Shown: in pieces, positions 57,401 through 64,000 of the stretch
Position numbering within the stretch: position 1 is the stretch's first letter
Layout of the letters: each line of letters opens with the position of its first letter
IMG/VR virus record: IMGVR_UViG_3300021373_002801
Span: 1-64,000 of that record
DNA length: 64,000 bases
Source of the DNA: a virus
Reading direction: 5' to 3' (one strand)
Made by a program: the position numbers and the translations under genes
Notes under the pieces: generated by a model
The model's database searches: none
What the model saw: only the letters and a program-made list of their open reading frames with translations
What the model was told of the DNA's origin: nothing

Positions 57401-60188
57401 TGATTTTAATCAAACAGGAAATTACACACTTACAGAAGATTTAACAGTTGGACAAAATCTAACTGTTGGTGCAGCAGCGCAATTTGAAGAAATATTAATC
57501 GATGATAACTTTATTACTACAACTACCTCAAACACAGACTTAGAGTTACGTGCTAATGGAACAGGTGAAATACTTGTACCAAACAACGATGTAAACATTA
57601 CCAACGACTTAGCAGTCACAGGCGATATTAGTGCTAACAACCTAACAGTCACAGCAAACATAACCAGCACAGATGCAAACATCGGCGATGTGCAAATTAG
57701 CGGAACAACCGTTGAAGCAACTGCTACAAACGCAGACCTAGAACTACGTGCAAACGGTACAGGTATTATTAGCATACCGTCAAATGATGTTACTCTAGGA
57801 CAAGCACTTACAGTAAGTGGTGCTACAGACTTACAAGATCTAACTGTTACTGGTACACTAACACACACCGGTGATACAACACAGACTGGTAATTATACAA
57901 TTACTGGACAGTTTAGTAATGGCGATATCCAAATAGATGCTAATACAATTGAAACTACACTTTCAAATAGTAACCTAGAACTACGTGCAAATGGCAGCGG
58001 CGTTATCAGCGTACCAACCAACAATGTTACAATTACAAACAACTTAGATGTAGATGGTATTACTAACCTAGACGATACAAATATCGACGGCACACTAACA
58101 CACGTTGGTGACACTACACAAACTGGCAACTACACAATTACTGGACAGTTTAGCAATGGCGATATTCAAATAGATGCCAACACAATTGAAACTACTGTTT
58201 CGGATAGTGATTTAGAGTTACGTGCTAATGGCAGTGGTACAATAAATGTACCTAGCAACGATGTTACATTCAGCCAAGCACTTACAGTAAGTGGTGCTAC
58301 AGATTTACAGGATACAAATATTACTGGTACAGTTACACACGTTGGTGATACTGTTCAGACTGGTAACTTTACTATTGGCGGCGAAATATCAAATGGTAAT
58401 ATACTGATTGAAGATAATTTTATTGCTACCACTGCTTCAAACGCAGACCTAGAACTACGTGCAGCAGGAACAGGTGAAGTATTAATACCAAACAATGATG
58501 TTAGAATTACTAATAACTTGTTTGTTAACGGTGATGCTACACTAGGTGATACAACACTTACAGGTAATGTTAATATCACAGGTGATATCACACAAACTGG
58601 TGATTACTCAATCACTAGCGATTTATCAGTAGGCGGCAACTTAACTGTAACACGTTCTGCACAGTTTGAAGAAATACTAATTGATGATAATTTTATCACA
58701 ACAACTACGTCAAACACAGATTTAGAATTACGTGCTAATGGAACTGGCGATGTTCTTATTCCAAATAATGATTTACATATTACTAATGATTTAGCAGTAG
58801 ACGGAACAATTACTGTAGGTGATATTAATAGTGCAGGTACTATTACTGCTAATAGATTTAGTACCGGCGATATACTAATTGATGATAATTTTATTACAAC
58901 AACCACAAGCAACAGTGACTTAGAACTACGTGCTAATGGCACAGGTGATGTTGTAGTTCCAAGTAACGATGTTACACTAGAACAGGATCTAACAGTTAAC
59001 GGAGATACTGATTTAGAAGATACTTCTGTTACTGGAACAATCACACACGTTGGCGACACTACACAAACTGGTGATTATGATCTAACTGGAAATCTAACTG
59101 TTTCAGGAGATGTAAACAGCAATGGCGTACAACTTGAAAATATACAACTTGTTGGAAATGTACTAACTACTACACTTTCAAACTCGGATTTAGAACTACG
59201 TGCTAACGGAACTGGCAGTATTGTTATTCCAAACAATAATGTTGAAATCACAGGCGATCTAACAGTTAATGGCACACTAACTGTAACAGACATTGACAGC
59301 ATTGGACAAATTGCTGCTAATACTTTTCATACCGGCGATATACTTGTAGATGACAATTTTATTACTACAACAAACTCAAACAGTGACTTAGAGTTACGTA
59401 CATCTGGTACCGGAAGCATTGTAATCGATGACTTTACTTTCCAAAGCAGCACAATTAGTTCAACTGGTGATATAACACTTAGCCCAAGTAGCGAAGCAGT
59501 TATTATTGATGCTACAGGATCACTCAAATTACCGTCCGGTAACACAAGCCAACGTCCAACAGGAGTAGCGGGTCAAATTAGATATAACTCAGAGCTTGCT
59601 AGATTTGAAGGATATAACAGTTCTAATTGGATTAATCTAAAAGGTGTAGAAGACTTAGACGGTGATACTAAGGTTACAGCTGAATTAACTGAAGGTGCAA
59701 ATGACGATAAAATTAGATTTTATAATGCAGGAGTACTAACTGTAGACATTGATGCAAATAGATTAAATGCACCAAAAGTAGTCGTAGATGACATTACCAT
59801 TGACGGTAATTTGATAAGTACAACTACAAATAATACTGATTTAGAATTAACTGCAAATGGTAGTGGTTCTGTTAAGTTTGATAACTTTGCATTTAAAGAT
59901 AACACTATTACTAACACTGTTTCTGATAGTGTAACAACTTTTGAAGCAACTGACAATGGTTATGTAAAGTTTGATGGAACATATGGTTTAGTTATACCAG
60001 CAGGTGGAAACGCACAACGTCCACCGTTAGCAAATACTGAATTAGGACAGCTACGTTGGAATACAGATGCAGCAAGAACAGAAATATATGATGGAACAAA
60101 CTGGGTAAGTGTAGCAGGTTCAAGTGCAGGTATATCAAGAGCAGACGCAGAAAACATTGCATTTGAGATTGTATTGAGTTTAGGATAA
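54423..60188 (+). CDS. Large fibre/appendage protein (GRISGPLL family, copy C, repeat-expanded)
   Basis: Close paralog of 8257 with twelve LELR/LELT-type repeats. Confidence 0.8.
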   Translation: MSALGRISGPLLKSNLIRNGIDLAFETDLLYLDVNNQRIGVKTTNPQYELDVTGTTRTTNLIVTNRADIGDVNIQNNTIWSDGQYLNLGTLDNVIYQNKLRVDDIDIEGNVISTNTSNSNLELRPNGTGTVEVLSDMNVSGNIHATGNISADGNITLGDADTDNVTFNAEIASNIIPDQDRTYSLGTAGTEYASGTDYTIGDATIVISSGTGTLSVPAAGVAWIDDVTSETTGYYYLITIEAQIGTRYAATTTANWTGSNPQTVTVNIPGAPDGTYNVVQINKDAKRWDDIWVKNIRTDGINTGTIVVDGINLTLRQGNIYYVSENGDDTNYGDHPQDPFASLSYALSVAAIDIGNGELPPTIHITPGVYTETFPLTVPAGVTVKGENLRSVKIVPTTETRYNDAFLLNGETTVEDVTVADFYSGGVFTNALSGGIGDTLVNVGTAPFAHTYVSGGTIEIAGTEYNISNAIYIHQNGILEIFHSGPGATIGDPVFIKGLVFSCNGGTRTFPDNGYAFRFATDFQVTSRSPYIKNVSVITKGSTVTADDPRGFLSGDAGKGAYVDGAYATAASREAAMLFHSATFITPGVDALTATNGARIEWLNSFTYFANRGLYAFDSNDGLKGAGKTRIRLSGLSGTAPAASQTVTFTSTDSSTVVGPLTIESVEGGDILIVDGKDTDLIGFDTTPASITFSGGGTATKIENVDVKDFGAEIRMIGSASVYGNFGLVGDGEGVLVYAIGHNLAYIGNGKEVTNEPSSVIQANEVVETNGAQIRFNSVDHKGDFRVGDLFYVNQETGSAAFSVSDFIINTSNGVSFNTGSDTTFVDGTKVETGDWRFSGNTVETLTQDANFAAASGTINLQDNTNITGDLDVTGNVTIGGNITIGDEATDTIQFVAGIDSDIVPRLDSTYSLGTASKTWSNLYANQVNVDDIQIRDNYITTTVSNSDLELRASGTGEVRVPSNDVQIDNDLTVDGTVTLANTSITGTLTLTGDFNQTGNYTLTEDLTVGQNLTVGAAAQFEEILIDDNFITTTTSNTDLELRANGTGEILVPNNDVNITNDLAVTGDISANNLTVTANITSTDANIGDVQISGTTVEATATNADLELRANGTGIISIPSNDVTLGQALTVSGATDLQDLTVTGTLTHTGDTTQTGNYTITGQFSNGDIQIDANTIETTLSNSNLELRANGSGVISVPTNNVTITNNLDVDGITNLDDTNIDGTLTHVGDTTQTGNYTITGQFSNGDIQIDANTIETTVSDSDLELRANGSGTINVPSNDVTFSQALTVSGATDLQDTNITGTVTHVGDTVQTGNFTIGGEISNGNILIEDNFIATTASNADLELRAAGTGEVLIPNNDVRITNNLFVNGDATLGDTTLTGNVNITGDITQTGDYSITSDLSVGGNLTVTRSAQFEEILIDDNFITTTTSNTDLELRANGTGDVLIPNNDLHITNDLAVDGTITVGDINSAGTITANRFSTGDILIDDNFITTTTSNSDLELRANGTGDVVVPSNDVTLEQDLTVNGDTDLEDTSVTGTITHVGDTTQTGDYDLTGNLTVSGDVNSNGVQLENIQLVGNVLTTTLSNSDLELRANGTGSIVIPNNNVEITGDLTVNGTLTVTDIDSIGQIAANTFHTGDILVDDNFITTTNSNSDLELRTSGTGSIVIDDFTFQSSTISSTGDITLSPSSEAVIIDATGSLKLPSGNTSQRPTGVAGQIRYNSELARFEGYNSSNWINLKGVEDLDGDTKVTAELTEGANDDKIRFYNAGVLTVDIDANRLNAPKVVVDDITIDGNLISTTTNNTDLELTANGSGSVKFDNFAFKDNTITNTVSDSVTTFEATDNGYVKFDGTYGLVIPAGGNAQRPPLANTELGQLRWNTDAARTEIYDGTNWVSVAGSSAGISRADAENIAFEIVLSLG
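57200..59420 (+). repeat. Intragenic tandem repeats (~60-90 aa units, 'NSDLELRANGTG')
   Basis: Ten recurrences of the LELR motif; near-identical DNA blocks about 240 bp apart near 57880 and 58120. Confidence 0.8.
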
Positions 60189-60191
60189 GAT

Positions 60192-60521
60192 ATGGCAACA
60201 TTATTTAAAAATAAAGTAGTAAACAACATAGGAGTAGTACCTGTTGATGTATACGAAACTGATGCGAGCACTCGTGCAACAGTAATTGGTATGAGTTTAA
60301 CAAATCTAACACAAAGTTTTGTATACGTAGATGTACTAATGCAAGACGATACTAGTGTAACAGGGTATTACTTAAAAGAAACATTGCTTCCGGCAAATAC
60401 TAGTTTGCGAGTTGTAGCTACAGGTGAAAAATTAATTATAGCACCAAGTAATAAATTACAAGTGCGTTCGAGCATTGACGACAGTGTTGATGTTGTGTTA
60501 AGTTTTGTGGAGATTGTATAA
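60192..60521 (+). CDS. Small structural protein (~108-aa family, copy 4)
   Basis: Close paralog of 12065. Confidence 0.75.
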   Translation: MATLFKNKVVNNIGVVPVDVYETDASTRATVIGMSLTNLTQSFVYVDVLMQDDTSVTGYYLKETLLPANTSLRVVATGEKLIIAPSNKLQVRSSIDDSVDVVLSFVEIV

Positions 60522-60895
60522 TGAGTCATTATATAGGTAATAGTCCAGAATCAATTGTTCAAGGATTTATTAAACAATATTTTTATGGTATGCGTAGAAA
60601 CGACGATGGTGAATTGTTCTTAGTTAGACAAGATCAGTTAAGCGGTCAAGGTACTGTAACTGTAAATGATATCGGAATTGGCGCAAACAACTATCCTGAC
60701 TTTGAAGAAGGCATTGACTTTCTTGAAGGTATAGATGCAGATCATAACATAGTCTATGAAAATTTACGTTACCAACAAATTAAATGGGATGGTAGATTGT
60801 TAACATATTACATCGATCCAACTGACGGACAATTTATTGTAAGAATATCAGAAGATTATCAATACCCTGAGAATATCTCAGGACCGGGGTACTAA
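60521..60895 (+). CDS. Hypothetical virion protein
   Basis: Close paralog of 12394. Confidence 0.75.
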   Translation: MSHYIGNSPESIVQGFIKQYFYGMRRNDDGELFLVRQDQLSGQGTVTVNDIGIGANNYPDFEEGIDFLEGIDADHNIVYENLRYQQIKWDGRLLTYYIDPTDGQFIVRISEDYQYPENISGPGY

Positions 60896-60905
60896 GGAAT
60901 AGAAA

Positions 60906-63900
60906 ATGGCAGAATTTAAACTAGAAAGATTTAAGTACAATTGGAGAGGTGACTGGGTAACAGGAACAGCATACAAACGTGACGACATAGTAAGAGTCAG
61001 CGGCAAGAGTTATGTTTGTATAATTACTCACGCAGCAAGTGCAAACTTTAGAGATGACTTAGATGCTATCCTTCCAGGTTCAGTGCCTCCCCAAGCATTA
61101 CCTCGATGGACAGTAATGACAAACGGTTTTAGTTTTGTCGGAGATTGGCAGGAAAATACAGTATATGATTTAGGCGATATAGTAAAGTTTCAAGGTTCTC
61201 TATGGAGATGTACTATAAATCATACAGGATCGTCATTTGCAGGTGATATAGCTAATTGGACAGCATTTAGTCAAACAACGAGTTTTGTTGGTCCTTGGGC
61301 TTCGTCTACCTCGTACGCAGCAGGCGCAGTTGTAAGTTATAACGGAAATGCTTATAAATGTCTAACTGCTCACGCATCGTCGTCAACACTAGAAGATAAT
61401 ATAGACGATTGGGAATTATATCGAGCAGGCACAGCTTGGGTTGGCGAGTTTGCCCCAAGCACAGTATATAGAATAAATGATCTTGTTAAATATGGCGGGA
61501 CTATATTTCGTTGTATAGAAACACATACATCAGATACAACACTAGACGATACTAAATTTACTGTAGAAATATTTGGTAGTGAATATAACGGAGTTTGGAA
61601 TAGTACTACAGTTTATAACATAGGAGATATTGTAAGACACGAAGGATTCTCATATTACGCAGTTAATAATAACACAGACTCTAAACCATATATTAGTTCC
61701 GACGGCGGAAGCACTGATTGGATAGTACTATCTAAGAATATAAATTTTGTAGGCTCCTGGACAGTTGACGGTGTTTATAAAACAGGTGATGTAGTATTGA
61801 GAGGCGGCAACTTGTATCTTGCATTGAGAGATATCGGTGGAGTATACGAAGAATCAGGTGGCGGTGATGGCATTGAAATTAATAGAACACTAATATCAGG
61901 AGAATTGCTAGACGGTAGTACACTTGATTATTTAGAAGCCGATACGTGGGAACTCTTAATACCAGGCAAAAGTTTTAAAAATTATTGGAGTAGTGGAACA
62001 ACATACAGTGTTGGCGATGTAGTATTATTTAAAGGAACAGCATATACTTGTAATACAGAACACGCAGCTAGTTTTGTAAATTTTCCAGGTGATAACGGCA
62101 GCGGATATGAATATTGGACTATTTTAATCCAAGCTGGCCAACCTGCTGCACTCGAAGTTAAAGGTGACTTATTAACCTTTGGTCCTAATAGACAAATTGA
62201 CAGTGCTGGTGACAGATTACAAGATGGAAGTACTGTTTTTGACGACAGTAGTTTAGGTGATACTAGATTAGGTATCGGAAATAATGGACAACTATTATCA
62301 GTGTCGTCTGATCTAGAAGCGTTTTGGAGAAATATACAAGAAGATGCCGATTCAATATGGGTTGCAACTAACGGTATAGATGACGAAGATAGAGGAACGT
62401 TTCAAAAACCATTCCGTACAATTAGATACGCAGCAGAATATGTAGAAGATACCTTTGCTGCAGGCACACCAGTAATTATTAGAGTAAGTACAGGGAAATT
62501 TGAAGAAGTATCGCCAATCGTTGTTCCGGCAGGCTGTGCAATTAACGGAGACGAACTACGTTCTACTACAGTATTAGCAAATAGCCCTATCACAAAATAT
62601 TTAGATAACTATCAGTATGCAACTGCATATTTTACACATTTTACATCTATAATAGCTGATATTGTAACAGCACAAGAGATAGTCCCTCAAACCGGAAATG
62701 AAGAACCTCAAGTGCGACAAATATTAACACCTATCATAGATGAATCTACAGGAGAACAAGCAGTAGATCAGATTACCGGTGAACTTCGATTTAATGATTC
62801 ATTTCCGGCATCAAATATAGCAGGAGCTAACTTAGTACTTGATTTAATAACTGATTGGAAAAACTATGTAGAATTTAATACAGCCGACGGCGAAGTATCG
62901 CCTACTTTAGTAGGTTCTAATACTTTAAATAGTGACTTTACAATTAGTAATGCTGGTGAAGCATTACATCTTAATAAGAAATTTATAGCGCAGGAACTAT
63001 TGTCATATTTACAAAATACTTACCCTGCTGTTACATTTGATGAATTACAAATTAAAAACGATGTAAAACATTTTTTACGTGCAGCTAGAAGAGATACAAA
63101 GTATTCAGGAAATTATGCTACACTACTTTCAGCACAACGATATGCTAACTCAATTAAAGGCAGCCAAACAACAAACTTATTTTATATGCGAGACACTACT
63201 GGCTTAAGAGATATAACCACTGGCGGCTTACAAGGCGTATTAAATCCACCGGGTGTATTTGAATTGTATCAAAAGCCAACAGGCGGAGCACTTGTAAGTC
63301 TTGATCCAGGTTGGGGGCCAACGGACGAACGAACTTGGATTACTACACGTTCGCCATACATACAAGGTGTTACAAACACCGGGTTTGGATGTGTAGGGAT
63401 GAAAGTAGACGGTGCGCTACACAATGGCGGTAATCGTTCAATGACAGCTAATGACTTTACACAAGTATTAAGTGACGGCATTGGTGCGTGGATTACAAAT
63501 AATGCTAGAGCAGAACTTGTATCTGTATTTACTTACTACTGTCAAATTGGTTATTTTGCAGAAGACGGCGGAATTATTCGAGCAGCAAACGGCAACAACT
63601 CGTACGGACGTTATGGGTCAATTGCAGATGGCATTGATGATACTGAAGTACCACAGATTACAGAAGCATTTAACAGGAATAATCAAGCAACAGTATCAGA
63701 AGCGTTTGCAGGTGGCGCAACTGACGAAATTAAAATATTTGAATACTCAAATGCAGGCGAAGAATATACAACTGCTAGTGCAACTATAACAGGTGCAGGT
63801 GCAAATGCTAGTGTAGAATATACTGATTTTAGAGATGGCGGCCTATTTGAAGAAAGATTAATTAGTGCAGACGGATCTAGTAAAGCTGGCGGCGCAGGAT

Positions 63901-64000
63901 ATCTAAGACGTCAAGGAAATGCACAAGAAACTGCTGATGCAAGTAGTAGTATCATACTTGCTGCTACAGACGCAACACAATTTTTATCAGAAATTGACGG
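60906..64000 (+). CDS. Giant virion protein (MAEF family), paralog of 12843, 3'-truncated; absent from the ORF track
   Basis: Reads MAEFKLERFKYNWRGDW...; later GDELR and LDPGWGP...RSPY.QGVT motifs are in the same frame; runs off the window end. Confidence 0.85.
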   Translation, partial: MAEFKLERFKYNWRGDWVTGTAYKRDDIVRVSGKSYVCIITHAASANFRDDLDAILPGSVPPQALPRWTVMTNGFSFVGDWQENTVYDLGDIVKFQGSLWRCTINHTGSSFAGDIANWTAFSQTTSFVGPWASSTSYAAGAVVSYNGNAYKCLTAHASSSTLEDNIDDWELYRAGTAWVGEFAPSTVYRINDLVKYGGTIFRCIETHTSDTTLDDTKFTVEIFGSEYNGVWNSTTVYNIGDIVRHEGFSYYAVNNNTDSKPYISSDGGSTDWIVLSKNINFVGSWTVDGVYKTGDVVLRGGNLYLALRDIGGVYEESGGGDGIEINRTLISGELLDGSTLDYLEADTWELLIPGKSFKNYWSSGTTYSVGDVVLFKGTAYTCNTEHAASFVNFPGDNGSGYEYWTILIQAGQPAALEVKGDLLTFGPNRQIDSAGDRLQDGSTVFDDSSLGDTRLGIGNNGQLLSVSSDLEAFWRNIQEDADSIWVATNGIDDEDRGTFQKPFRTIRYAAEYVEDTFAAGTPVIIRVSTGKFEEVSPIVVPAGCAINGDELRSTTVLANSPITKYLDNYQYATAYFTHFTSIIADIVTAQEIVPQTGNEEPQVRQILTPIIDESTGEQAVDQITGELRFNDSFPASNIAGANLVLDLITDWKNYVEFNTADGEVSPTLVGSNTLNSDFTISNAGEALHLNKKFIAQELLSYLQNTYPAVTFDELQIKNDVKHFLRAARRDTKYSGNYATLLSAQRYANSIKGSQTTNLFYMRDTTGLRDITTGGLQGVLNPPGVFELYQKPTGGALVSLDPGWGPTDERTWITTRSPYIQGVTNTGFGCVGMKVDGALHNGGNRSMTANDFTQVLSDGIGAWITNNARAELVSVFTYYCQIGYFAEDGGIIRAANGNNSYGRYGSIADGIDDTEVPQITEAFNRNNQATVSEAFAGGATDEIKIFEYSNAGEEYTTASATITGAGANASVEYTDFRDGGLFEERLISADGSSKAGGAGYLRRQGNAQETADASSSIILAATDATQFLSEID

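Noticed and set aside
57200-59420. CRISPR array
   Set aside because: The repeats are degenerate, in-frame protein repeats with homologous spacers, and no cas genes are present.
12820-60895. Shared C-terminal GY/RY ends (GQGY, GGGY, GPGY, VRY) as a sorting signal
   Set aside because: Too short and partly explained by paralogy; cannot be supported.
310-63789. Many short antisense or alternate-frame ORFs inside the large genes (e.g. 910-1353, 10983-11591, 57422-57868, 63472-63789)
   Set aside because: They are shadows of the codon bias of the real genes, have no recognisable motifs, and are fully nested in well-supported CDSs.

Overview
This window is part of the late (virion) region of a large, AT-rich T4-like dsDNA phage. 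The host is not identifiable from the sequence, though the gene content resembles uncultured aquatic myoviruses. In order it holds: the end of a prohead scaffold gene, a gp23-type major capsid gene, a first cassette of giant fibre/appendage genes (2.3-27.8 kb) and three tandem glycine-rich adhesin-like genes (27.8-31.1 kb). A 15-kb enzyme island follows (31.1-46.5 kb), with 5 flavin-dependent tryptophan-halogenase-like genes, 11 2OG-Fe(II) oxygenase-like genes and 1 unknown gene. After it come a tail-fibre chaperone, a phage groES-groEL pair, a cupredoxin-motif virion protein and a subtilase-fibre fusion. A second, paralogous fibre cassette starts at 54.4 kb and runs off the window end. T4-type late promoter cores (TATAAATA and variants) precede most units. 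The best candidates for new biology are: (1) the halogenase/oxygenase island as a possible virion-protein tailoring system; (2) a duplicated, structurally conserved 5' leader RNA; (3) Cys-containing repeats resembling the phycobiliprotein chromophore site in a giant virion protein; (4) leaderless late genes and a promoter-in-hairpin translational switch. All family assignments come from motif recognition by eye; no database searches were run.
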